From an uncultured Candidatus Saccharibacteria bacterium (GTDB taxonomy: Bacteria > Patescibacteriota > Minisyncoccia > Phycocordibacterales > UBA9973): a DNA stretch of 39,022 nt. Under the pieces are notes generated by a model that had not been told where the DNA came from, searched no databases, and saw only the letters and a program-made list of their open reading frames with translations. Position numbers and translations under genes: made by a program. This document shows, in pieces, positions 17,711 to 26,304 of this stretch (its first letter is position 1; every line of letters starts with the position of its first letter). Where the stretch lies: NCBI GenBank assembly GCA_964408725.1, contig CAYPAN010000001.1, positions 1 through 39,022 on the forward strand, in the 5' to 3' direction.

Positions 17711-18508
17711 TTATCTTCTCCTGCCCCACATTTTGGCATGCGTGCGAAGGGAGTCCATAGACCCCGCTTCGTCGCTTCTTATGGCATTGCCTGTCAATTT
17801 CAAAAATGCCTCCTCAAGCGAGGAAACTCCTGAATTTTTCTTCAATTGTTCCGGAGTTCCGGAAGAAATTATCTTGCCGTGGTCAATAATCACAACCTTA
17901 TCCGCCATTTTTTCGGCCTCTTCCATATAGTGAGTGGTCAAAAAAACGGTCACACCCTCTTTTTTTGACAGGTCAACAACGTAGGACCAGATATGATTGC
18001 GTGTCTGCGGGTCAAGACCGACTGTCGGCTCGTCTAAAAATATTATTTTGGGAGTGTGTATGAGGGAACGCGCTATCTCAAGCCTGCGTTTCATCCCACC
18101 GGAAAAATTCTTCACATAGTCGTCACGCCTATCCCACAAATCAACCAATTTCATAAGCTCCTCTATGCGTTTTACGCGGTTGGCTTTACTCTCACCGTAA
18201 AGCACGCCGTGAAAATTCATATTTTCATAAGCGGTCAAATCATCGTCCAGACTAGGGTCTTGGAAAACTATTCCAAAAGACCTGCGAACATCATCTCTTT
18301 CTTTTTTTAAATCAAAATTGTTTATCTTCACTTCTCCTTCTGTCGGTTCAAGTAATGTAGTGAGCATTTTTATGGTGGTTGTCTTGCCCGCTCCGTTGGG
18401 ACCTAAAAAAGCGAAAATTTCCCCTTTCTCAACCGAGAAAGAAATATTATCCACGGCTACGAAATCATCAAATTTTTTAGTTAAATTTTTTACTTCTATA
18501 ATAGGCAT
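17711..18508 (-). CDS. ABC transporter ATP-binding protein (DrrA/CcmA-like, ABC-2 subfamily)
   Basis: Walker A GPNGAGKTT, signature FSGGMKRRLEIARSL, Walker [13 protein letters not shown]. Confidence 0.9.
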   Translation of the reverse strand: MPIIEVKNLTKKFDDFVAVDNISFSVEKGEIFAFLGPNGAGKTTTIKMLTTLLEPTEGEVKINNFDLKKERDDVRRSFGIVFQDPSLDDDLTAYENMNFHGVLYGESKANRVKRIEELMKLVDLWDRRDDYVKNFSGGMKRRLEIARSLIHTPKIIFLDEPTVGLDPQTRNHIWSYVVDLSKKEGVTVFLTTHYMEEAEKMADKVVIIDHGKIISSGTPEQLKKNSGVSSLEEAFLKLTGNAIRSDEAGSMDSLRTHAKMWGRRR

Positions 18509-18519
18509 AAGTTTATTAT

Positions 18520-18771
18520 TTATTTGAGCAGTTTTGACAAACGAGACTTCTTGCGGGCGGCATTATTTTTCTTGATGACACCCTTTTTAGCCGCTTTATC
18601 TATAACGGCAAAGGCGAAACTTAAAAGCTTTTCCGCCTCTTCTTTGTCCGTTTTAACGGTCTTTTCGATTTTTTTAATTATGTCTTTTATGTCGTGTTTC
18701 TGACGGTCATTGAAGCCCTTCTTGCGAAGAGAACCGCGAACTGCTTTCTTAGCTGATTTTGTTATAGGCAT
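18520..18771 (-). CDS. rpsT: 30S ribosomal protein S20
   Basis: 83 aa, very basic. MPITKSAKKAVRGS...N....K start and AARKKSRLSKLL end are typical of bS20. Confidence 0.85.
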   Translation of the reverse strand: MPITKSAKKAVRGSLRKKGFNDRQKHDIKDIIKKIEKTVKTDKEEAEKLLSFAFAVIDKAAKKGVIKKNNAARKKSRLSKLLK

Positions 18772-18824
18772 ACATTTATAGTAGCAAAAAAAACAAAAAA
18801 GGGCAATTGTGCTATGATTAAGCT

Positions 18825-19412
18825 ATGATTGGAAGCGTAAAAGGAAAAATAATTTTAAAAACCGACAAGTTTCTGATTGTTGAAACAGCAGGGGTTGGTT
18901 ATAAGATAAACGTGTCGCCGGATACGCTGGCTAAGTTATCCCTCCCTCGCAAAAGCTCGGGGCAAAATGACACTGACGTATCATTTTGGATTCATACTCA
19001 TGTGCGTGAAGATATTTTAGACCTTTATGGATTCCTAGACCGCCAGGAATTGGAGTTCTTTGAGATGCTTATAAATGTGTCTGGCATAGGGCCGAAGGGA
19101 GCTATTAATATCTTGGGTGTCGCATCAATTGAAACATTAAAAAAAGCTATCGCTACATCCGACACGGCATACCTCACAAAAATATCTGGCATAGGCAAAA
19201 AAACTGCGGAAAAAATAGTCATTGAACTTCGGGATAAAATGGGTGAGGAAAAAAGCGGCACTTCCCTTCAAGGAGAACTCGACGCCCTGGAAGCGTTGAA
19301 GTCACTCGGTTATTCTCAAAACGAAGCGCGTGAAGCTTTGAAAAAAGTTTCTCCTGACATAAATACAAACACAAAAATTCGTGAAGCCCTGAAAATACTA
19401 AGCAACAAATAA
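18825..19412 (+). CDS. ruvA: Holliday junction branch migration complex subunit RuvA
   Basis: MIGSVKGKI...VETAGVGYKI OB-fold start, HhH motifs (LINVSGIGPKGAINIL, LTKISGIGKKTAEKIV) and C-terminal domain III (ALKSLGYSQNEAREALKKV). Confidence 0.9.
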   Translation: MIGSVKGKIILKTDKFLIVETAGVGYKINVSPDTLAKLSLPRKSSGQNDTDVSFWIHTHVREDILDLYGFLDRQELEFFEMLINVSGIGPKGAINILGVASIETLKKAIATSDTAYLTKISGIGKKTAEKIVIELRDKMGEEKSGTSLQGELDALEALKSLGYSQNEAREALKKVSPDINTNTKIREALKILSNK

Positions 19413-19415
19413 AAA

Positions 19416-20270
19416 TTATTTTCCAAAAAAATAGTTTTCTATGCCCGTAGTAGTAAGATTAGCCATAGTTTTATAGGCTTGGCTACGCAAAGGTGTTGTA
19501 CGAAATATTTTTTGATAAATATAACCGTATTCTATGAGCACTGAACGTGTGGAAGCATTTAATGTCCCATTGGCCCCGACAGCTATAAGTTTTTGGTCAT
19601 GAATCAGTCCGCCAGCCTCCGGTTTGTAGGTACTTGTGATATATTTCTTGTGAAGTTCCGTAAAAATATCAGTTGCGAGCTTTAAGCTTTCCCTAGAATT
19701 GGCAAATTGCGAATCCGGCATATAAATTGTAAAACCTTTGTATTGCCCTATTACCCATTTATTCTTGCGCGGATAATCATTAAAATGAATATGAACTACC
19801 GCATCTATTTTATTTTCATCTATCCACTTATTGAATCCATAAAGTCTTATGGCAACATCTTCGCTCACGGCATGATGCGGAGCGTTTGCTTTTTGGACAA
19901 AACTGCCGCTGACAATCTTACTTTGCATTTGCTTTTTGGCATTTTCTTTAAAAGATAATATATCTGCCTGATTGTTCGCAAAATAATCGGCAAATTCTTT
20001 GGTATAACCCTGAGAATCCCGGGTAATATAAACCTGAAACCTTTTATCTTGTTTCAAAAGATTATAAATCCGTGTCGCTAGCGCCAAGGTCATATCCGCC
20101 TCTTTTATATTGCCGTACTGCGCTCCCCATACTTCATTGTCATGTCCTGGAACCAGTAAAATTTTAATGGGCTCGCTTGGAGGAGAATCGGCGGCGAAAG
20201 AATAAAAGGGAGACAAAATAGGCAGAAGAAAAAAAGTAAAAACAAAGATTTTTAATAACGCTTTATCCAT
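19416..20270 (-). CDS. N-acetylmuramoyl-L-alanine amidase (Amidase_3-like), secreted
   Basis: Start placed at ATG 20270 (MDKALLKIFVFTFFLLPIL signal peptide). The ORF-track start at 20336 would overlap mutM. LVPGHD...E...VHIHFN...LIEYGY blocks fit the zinc amidase fold. Confidence 0.6.
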   Translation of the reverse strand: MDKALLKIFVFTFFLLPILSPFYSFAADSPPSEPIKILLVPGHDNEVWGAQYGNIKEADMTLALATRIYNLLKQDKRFQVYITRDSQGYTKEFADYFANNQADILSFKENAKKQMQSKIVSGSFVQKANAPHHAVSEDVAIRLYGFNKWIDENKIDAVVHIHFNDYPRKNKWVIGQYKGFTIYMPDSQFANSRESLKLATDIFTELHKKYITSTYKPEAGGLIHDQKLIAVGANGTLNASTRSVLIEYGYIYQKIFRTTPLRSQAYKTMANLTTTGIENYFFGK

Positions 20271-20284
20271 AGTATGATGATACC

Positions 20285-21193
20285 ATGCCTGAACTACCAG
20301 AAGTAGAGACAACGGTAAGGGGTCTGAGAAAAACAATAGTGGACCTTATCATAAAAGACGTTTGGACGGACCTGGCGACTAAAGATAAACGCAAGGCAGA
20401 CAGCGTGGCAAATCCAAAATACTTTATATCGTTCAAGAAAGAAGTTGCGGGTAAAAAAATAAAATCTATTGAAAGACGGGCAAAGAATATTCTGATAAAT
20501 TTATCAAACGGCAAGACTATTTTGATTCATATGAAAATGACCGGACATTTGCTGTATGGAAAATACAAATTTTCCGATAAAACAGACAAGTGGATACCTG
20601 GGAAAGGGCCATTGTCAGATTCATACAATAGATTTATACACTTTGTTTTTATTTTTTCAAATGGCAAACATCTGGCTTTTTCAGATATGCGTAAGTTTGG
20701 CAAAATAACTCTACTTAATACAAAAGTAGCCCACGATTCTAAACATCTAAAAGACATAGGCCCGGACCCATTAGATAAAAACTTTACTCTTAAAGTATTT
20801 GAGGAAAGATTTAAAAGAAAACTTAATGGAAAAATTAAAACGGTTTTAATGGACCAGAGTATTATAGCCGGCATAGGCAATATTTACTCTGATGAAATAC
20901 TTTGGCGCGCTGGGGTGCATCCGGAAAGAAAAGTTTCCAAAATAAAAGAAGAGGAATTAAAAAAGATATTCAAGGCAATGAAAGAATTGCTGAAAAAGGG
21001 CATAAATTTCGGCGGGGATTCAATGTCAGACTATCGTAATATTTATGGCTTACCGGGCAAATTTCAGCTCCATCATGAAGCTTACAGGCGTACCGGAGAA
21101 AAATGTAGAAAGAAAGGTTGTAAAGGAATAATAACGAGAAAAATCATCGGCGGTCGCAGCGCACATTTTTGCTCTATACACCAAGCACTCTAA
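20285..21193 (+). CDS. mutM: Formamidopyrimidine-DNA glycosylase / AP lyase (Fpg/MutM)
   Basis: Canonical MPELPEVE N-terminus (catalytic Pro2, Glu3), H2TH region (LMDQSIIAGIGNIYSDEILWRAGVHP) and a C-terminal zinc finger (CRKKGC...GGRSAHFCSIHQ). Confidence 0.9.
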   Translation: MPELPEVETTVRGLRKTIVDLIIKDVWTDLATKDKRKADSVANPKYFISFKKEVAGKKIKSIERRAKNILINLSNGKTILIHMKMTGHLLYGKYKFSDKTDKWIPGKGPLSDSYNRFIHFVFIFSNGKHLAFSDMRKFGKITLLNTKVAHDSKHLKDIGPDPLDKNFTLKVFEERFKRKLNGKIKTVLMDQSIIAGIGNIYSDEILWRAGVHPERKVSKIKEEELKKIFKAMKELLKKGINFGGDSMSDYRNIYGLPGKFQLHHEAYRRTGEKCRKKGCKGIITRKIIGGRSAHFCSIHQAL

Positions 21194-21653
21194 ATAGAAA
21201 TACCCCACAGGCCACGGAAACATTCAGTGATTCTTTTTTACCTCGCATTGGAATTTCAGCTATTATATCGCATTTTGCAAGTATATTTTTAGGAATACCG
21301 GTAACTTCAGCGCCCACAATAAAAGCATTTTTGTTTTGCAATTTTACTTTTTTATAATCAGCAGAATTCTGCGCTTGCTCAATGCCTAAAATTAAATATT
21401 TCTCCTTTTTTAATTTACCTAGTAAGGCCAATAAACTTTTTCTATGCTCCCAAGGCACAAACTCCTCCGCACCTAAAGCCGATTTGGCCATATCTTTACG
21501 AACTCTGCCGAAACGGTCAAGCGGCGCGGGCGTATAGCCTGTCAAATAAATTTTGTTTATACCGGCGGCATCAGCTGTCCGAAACATCGCGCCGACATTT
21601 GTCACGCTTCGGACATTGTGAATTATTAAAATGTTTTGCTGATTTTTTTTCAT
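21174..21653 (-). CDS. SpoU/TrmH-family RNA 2'-O-methyltransferase
   Basis: 159 aa. SPOUT motifs NVGAMFRTADAAG, FIVGAEVTGI and IPMRGKKESLNVSVACGV. The 3' end overlaps mutM by 20 nt, convergently. Confidence 0.8.
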   Translation of the reverse strand: MKKNQQNILIIHNVRSVTNVGAMFRTADAAGINKIYLTGYTPAPLDRFGRVRKDMAKSALGAEEFVPWEHRKSLLALLGKLKKEKYLILGIEQAQNSADYKKVKLQNKNAFIVGAEVTGIPKNILAKCDIIAEIPMRGKKESLNVSVACGVFLFRVLGV

Positions 21654-21656
21654 TTG

Positions 21657-22310
21657 CTAAAAAAGCTTAGATTGCACATCTTCAAATTTTTCCGGCGGGA
21701 TGTATTCCTCATGCTTTGTCTCTTCAAACTCTCTGGCACTGACCTTCAGGAGGGCCGCTGGCAATTTTTTAAAAGTATCTTCAAACATTTTCATCGCTTC
21801 ATTCCCCCGCAATGCGGCAGCAGGATGGAGCATCGGCAGAACAAAAATACTTGCCCGTCCTCCGGCGGGTTTCTCCACTTTAAAAAGTTTGCCCTGGTCG
21901 CGGGTAATCTTTGCCATCGGCAAAAAGTAATTCATAGAGAACCGGCCGAGCGGCACAATTATTTTCGGATTGATAATATCTACCTGCCGCGCCAGGTAAG
22001 GTTTGTATTTCTCGATTTCTTCTTCGTTCGGGTCGCGGTTCTCCGGCGGACGGCGTTTTACAATATTGGTTATGTAAACATCTCCCTCCTGCCAACCCAA
22101 GTCACGAATGTTTTTACGGAGCAGTTGCCCCGCACGCCCGACAAAGGGGCGTTTTTGCATATCTTCGTTGAAACCGGGAGCTTCTCCGATAAAAAGCACC
22201 TCGCAGTCGGTATTACCTTCGCCGAAAACCAGATTGGATTTTTGCAAGGGCAGAGTCTTATCTTTCTCCATTTTCTGCTTCAATTTACCAAGCTCAGATA
22301 TTTTATCCAT
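21657..22310 (-). CDS. Uracil-DNA glycosylase, family 4
   Basis: LVFGEGNTDCEVLFIGEAPGFNED...PFVGRAGQLL (motif A) and the HPAAALR-type motif B. Confidence 0.85.
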   Translation of the reverse strand: MDKISELGKLKQKMEKDKTLPLQKSNLVFGEGNTDCEVLFIGEAPGFNEDMQKRPFVGRAGQLLRKNIRDLGWQEGDVYITNIVKRRPPENRDPNEEEIEKYKPYLARQVDIINPKIIVPLGRFSMNYFLPMAKITRDQGKLFKVEKPAGGRASIFVLPMLHPAAALRGNEAMKMFEDTFKKLPAALLKVSAREFEETKHEEYIPPEKFEDVQSKLF

Positions 22311-22333
22311 CTATAAATTATATCTCTTATTTC

Positions 22334-23548
22334 TTACTTAAGGAAATTCTTGCCGCGCATTTTTCTATGGTAAGCAATGGCAAACCTGTGCGCCTCGCTA
22401 TTTGCAAGTAATATTTCCTTCTTATGTTTTCGGGTAAGTTTTTCATCACCCATAATTGCCTTTGGTTTATGACGTTCGTCTTTCACAACCGAAACAATCG
22501 GAATTGAAAAACCGGCTTTATTTAAGATATATTTGGCAGTGTTTATTTGAGCCATACCGCCATCTACAACAATCAAGTTAGGATAAGGCCATTCTCTATG
22601 CGCCAGACGTCTTTCCAACATTTCTTTTAAGGCACCCGTGTCGTTTGAAACACTCTGCGTCTTTATTTTGAATTTCCTATATTCATTCTTCTCTACCTCC
22701 CCGTTTTCTATAACGACCATAACGCCAACCATATTTCTGCCTGCCATATGCGCGATGTCATACGCCTCAACACGGATACCTCGGCCGAGGGAAGGGCGCA
22801 GGGACGAAAAAATGAAAGGGTTTCCGGTTTCATTTTTTATTAACGCCACATCATTAATATGTTGCAGGGCAAAAAGCTGTCTTTTTATTTCGCCGGCTTT
22901 TTCAAACTCACCCAGTTTAGAATACGCATTCATTTCTTTCTTAAGATTTTTGAAAATCTGCTTTTTTTTGCCTTTAAAAAACAAAATTATATTTTTGATA
23001 TTCTGTAAATACAGTTTTTTATCGTCCAAATCCGGAATCAGGTTTATTTGCCTGTAAAATTCCATATAATTCTTACTTTTTTCGTCTAAAAATGGAAAAA
23101 TCTTTCTTATTATCTTTATAGCCTCGCGAAGTTGGGAACCGTTCGGATAAGGTCCGAATACTTTATAAAATAGAGACGGTTTTAAATTCTTGCCTCGCAC
23201 TATAATCACTTTTGGCAAGTCTTCTCTAGTTATGCAAATATAATTAAAACTTTTATCGGATTTTTCTTTAGTATTGTATTTCGGCTGGTATTTTTTTATA
23301 AGAGAAGCTTCTAATATAAGCGCTTCAAGCACGTTATCTGTCTCTCGCCAGTCTATTTGGGTTGCTTTAAATATTAAATCCACTAAAAGCGGACCCCTGG
23401 TTTCAATTAAATCTTTTCCAAAATAACTTTTTATCCTATCCCTAAGTGATGTCGCTTTGCCAATATATAAAATCTCTTTTCCTTTGAGAAAAAAATACAC
23501 ACCGGGCTTTTGGGGTATTTTAAGTTTTTTGAAATATTTTATATTCAT
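22334..23548 (-). CDS. uvrC: Excinuclease ABC subunit C, short form lacking the C-terminal (HhH)2 domain
   Basis: GIY-YIG (PGVYFFLKGKEILYIGKATSLRDR), a UVR-like helix (EFEKAGEIKRQLFALQHI) and an RNase-H-like endonuclease domain (IEAYDIAH..., VVDGG, EAHRFAIAYHRK). The protein ends at 404 aa, against about 600 aa for E. coli UvrC. Confidence 0.85.
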   Translation of the reverse strand: MNIKYFKKLKIPQKPGVYFFLKGKEILYIGKATSLRDRIKSYFGKDLIETRGPLLVDLIFKATQIDWRETDNVLEALILEASLIKKYQPKYNTKEKSDKSFNYICITREDLPKVIIVRGKNLKPSLFYKVFGPYPNGSQLREAIKIIRKIFPFLDEKSKNYMEFYRQINLIPDLDDKKLYLQNIKNIILFFKGKKKQIFKNLKKEMNAYSKLGEFEKAGEIKRQLFALQHINDVALIKNETGNPFIFSSLRPSLGRGIRVEAYDIAHMAGRNMVGVMVVIENGEVEKNEYRKFKIKTQSVSNDTGALKEMLERRLAHREWPYPNLIVVDGGMAQINTAKYILNKAGFSIPIVSVVKDERHKPKAIMGDEKLTRKHKKEILLANSEAHRFAIAYHRKMRGKNFLK

Positions 23549-23599
23549 GGTTCTATTTTATTACCATGACCCTGAGATTATCGAATGGGTCATAAAAAA

Positions 23600-26194
23600 T
23601 CATTTACGCAGAGCTTTTTTGAGATACTTCCCGGTATAACTCTTCGGACTATTCGCTATTTCTTCAGGCGTGCCTTTGGCTACCAGATTCCCCCCACTTA
23701 CTCCGCCTTCGGGACCAATATCTATAACATAGTCCGAGCTTTTGATAATATCAAGGTTATGTTCAATCAAAACCACAGTATTCCCTTTTGACACAAGCTT
23801 GTTCAGTACTTCAAGAAGCTTCACCACATCGTCATAATGCAGTCCCACTGTCGGTTCATCAAGAAGATAAATAGTCTTTTCCAAATATGGGCGAAAAAGT
23901 TCGCTGGAAATTTTCACCCGCTGGGCTTCTCCGCCGGAAAGTGTGGTTGCCGACTGGCCAAGCTCCAGATAACCCAGACCCACTCCCGAGAGCGTATACA
24001 AGCGGTCATAGATTGCGGGAATATCTTTAAAAAAGATAAGTCCTTCTTCCACGGTCATATGAAGCACTTCATATATATTTTTTTTCTTATATTTTACCGT
24101 CAGTGTTTCTTTGTCAAAACGTTTTCCGTTGCAGACATCGCAAGTAACGTACACGGTGGGCAAAAAGTGCATCTCCACGGCAATTTGACCATTGCCCTCG
24201 CAGGCTTCACAGCGTCCGCCCTTCACATTAAAAGAAAAGCGGTTGGCTTTCCAGCCGCGAAGACGCGCTTCTTCGGTAGTAGCAAATAAATCTCGGATAT
24301 GGGTAAAAGCGCCCGCATAAGTGGCCAAATTTGAGCGCGGAGTCCTGCCTATCGGGGACTGGTCAATCAAAATAGCGCGCGACAAATATTCAGTGCCGGT
24401 AAATGAAGAACAGTTAAAAATTTTCACTGTGCGATATTTGCGTTCATAACGGGCCTGAAGATTTTTATACAAAATTTCATACATAAAAGAACTCTTGCCG
24501 GAACCGGATACCCCGGTAATGGATGTCATTATGCCCAAAGGAACTTCAACATTTAAATTTTTGATGTTGAAAATTTTCCCGCCTGTTATACGCAACGCTC
24601 CTTTTCCGCCCCGGCGTTTTTCCGGCACCGGAATTTTTATTTCTTCGCGAAGATAAGAAAGGGTTCTGGAATTGTTTGTATTCTTTTTTGCGGTTAATAA
24701 TTCTTCCAGCCATCCGGAAACTATAACTTCGCCTCCGTGCACACCAGCCTTCGGGCCTATATCCACTATATAATCGGACGCGTAAATCGTATCCTCATCG
24801 TGTTCAACAATTAAAATGGTGTTGCCTAAATCACGTAGGTTTTCCAATGTTTTAATCAAACGGTCATTATCGCGTTGATGAAGCCCTATAGTCGGCTCAT
24901 CCAAGACATATAAGGCGCCGACTAATCTAGAGCCCAGCTGGGACGCCAGGCGAATGCGTTGGGCTTCTCCGCCGGAGAGAGTATTGGCTTTACGAGAAAG
25001 CTGTAAATAATCGAGTCCAACATCCAACATAAACTGCAAACGCGCTTCTATTTCACGAACAACGGGCAGAGATATTTCCTTTTCCTGGTCCGATAGCTTT
25101 AAAGTTTTGAAAAATTCCGCTGCCTCTATTATTGTAAACGATGATAATTCAAGAATGTTCTTGCGTTTATGCCCGGCACTGATAAAAACATTTAATGCTT
25201 CCGGGCGCAACCGCGCTCCGTGACAAGCATCACAGGGTTCCTCACCCATAAAATATTTTGTGCCCAAGCCATGGCAAACTTCACAGGCACCATACGGAGA
25301 ATTGAAGGAAAAAAGACGCGGTTCAATTTCCGGAAAAGAAAAACCGTCATTCTTGCAGGCAAATTTCGCGGACATTGTGAACTCTTCTTCGGAACCGAAA
25401 GAAACGGCCACTAAACCGTCGGATTCAATGAGCGCCCGCTCCAAGGCTTCCGCTAATCTGGTGCGACTTTCATCTTTGTGGTCATAAAATTCGTGTACTG
25501 CAAAATGGTCAACCAAAATATCAATATTATGCGTTTTGTTCTTGGAAAGAATTATCTGTTCACGCAATTTTTTCATTACTCCATCCAAGCGAATCTCGGA
25601 AAATCCTTTACCAAGCAAATCATAAAGCAATTGATAATATTCCCCTTTACGGCCCCGGACAATGGGAGAGAAAATATTCATTTCGGTTTCATCCCATTCT
25701 ATACCCATTACAGATTTCTTATTTTTCTTGTTCTTTTCAAGCGCTTTTATTTTTTCCAGGACAAAATTCAAAATTTCCTCGTTTGAAAGTTTTTTAATTT
25801 CTTCTCCACATAGAGGGCAGTGAGGATGCCCGATGCGTGCATACATTACGCGCAGGTAATCATATATTTCGGTAATGGTCGCCACCGTAGAACGCGGATT
25901 ATTGGAACGGGATTTTTGGTCAATGGAAATAGCCGGCGAAAGCCCGGTTATTTCGTCCACATCAGGCTTGGGCATTTGATTCAAAAATTGCCGCGCGTAA
26001 GAAGACAAGGATTCCACATACCTCCTCTGCCCTTCGGCAAAAATTGTGTCAAAAGCAAGAGAGGACTTGCCGGAACCCGAAACACCGGTAATGGCTATCA
26101 TACTGTTGCGTGGCATTTCCACATTTATATTCTTCAAATTATGGGTTCTAGCCCCTTTTATCGTTATTTTATCTATATTTTTATCCAATTTCAT
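23600..26194 (-). CDS. uvrA: Excinuclease ABC subunit A
   Basis: Start at ATG 26194 ([23 protein letters not shown]). Two ABC modules (GVSGSGKSS twice, LSGGEAQR twice) and Cys-rich zinc modules ([15 protein letters not shown]...[14 protein letters not shown]...CDVCNG). Confidence 0.95.
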   Translation of the reverse strand: MKLDKNIDKITIKGARTHNLKNINVEMPRNSMIAITGVSGSGKSSLAFDTIFAEGQRRYVESLSSYARQFLNQMPKPDVDEITGLSPAISIDQKSRSNNPRSTVATITEIYDYLRVMYARIGHPHCPLCGEEIKKLSNEEILNFVLEKIKALEKNKKNKKSVMGIEWDETEMNIFSPIVRGRKGEYYQLLYDLLGKGFSEIRLDGVMKKLREQIILSKNKTHNIDILVDHFAVHEFYDHKDESRTRLAEALERALIESDGLVAVSFGSEEEFTMSAKFACKNDGFSFPEIEPRLFSFNSPYGACEVCHGLGTKYFMGEEPCDACHGARLRPEALNVFISAGHKRKNILELSSFTIIEAAEFFKTLKLSDQEKEISLPVVREIEARLQFMLDVGLDYLQLSRKANTLSGGEAQRIRLASQLGSRLVGALYVLDEPTIGLHQRDNDRLIKTLENLRDLGNTILIVEHDEDTIYASDYIVDIGPKAGVHGGEVIVSGWLEELLTAKKNTNNSRTLSYLREEIKIPVPEKRRGGKGALRITGGKIFNIKNLNVEVPLGIMTSITGVSGSGKSSFMYEILYKNLQARYERKYRTVKIFNCSSFTGTEYLSRAILIDQSPIGRTPRSNLATYAGAFTHIRDLFATTEEARLRGWKANRFSFNVKGGRCEACEGNGQIAVEMHFLPTVYVTCDVCNGKRFDKETLTVKYKKKNIYEVLHMTVEEGLIFFKDIPAIYDRLYTLSGVGLGYLELGQSATTLSGGEAQRVKISSELFRPYLEKTIYLLDEPTVGLHYDDVVKLLEVLNKLVSKGNTVVLIEHNLDIIKSSDYVIDIGPEGGVSGGNLVAKGTPEEIANSPKSYTGKYLKKALRK

Positions 26195-26215
26195 AAAAAT
26201 TAAATAATACCAGAA

Positions 26216-26246
26216 CCACACCCGCCGTCGTTCCTAGGGGGTGTGT
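26216..26246 (-). terminator. Possible uvrB terminator hairpin
   Basis: On the minus strand, CACACCC-(about 15 nt)-GGGTGTG is followed by a T-rich tract. The large loop makes this weak. Confidence 0.35.
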
Positions 26247-26304
26247 ATCTATATTAAGATAAGGAGATTATAACACAAAAAGCCAATTTAACAAAAAAGT
26301 TACA

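Noticed and set aside
21174-21193. 20-nt convergent overlap of the mutM and trmH-like 3' ends
   Set aside because: Short 3'-3' overlaps are common in compact genomes, and both proteins look complete. Nothing suggests a regulatory role.
21636-22316. 226-aa ORF on the + strand covering the whole UDG gene in antisense
   Set aside because: The minus-strand frame carries unambiguous family-4 UDG motifs. The + ORF has an R/F/L/H-rich, low-complexity composition typical of a shadow ORF, with no recognisable domain.
26195-26221. 9-codon extension of uvrA, and similarly 20271-20336 for the amidase
   Set aside because: Internal ATGs give canonical N-termini: MKLDKNI...ARTHNLKNI for UvrA and a signal peptide for the amidase. 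The amidase extension would overlap mutM.
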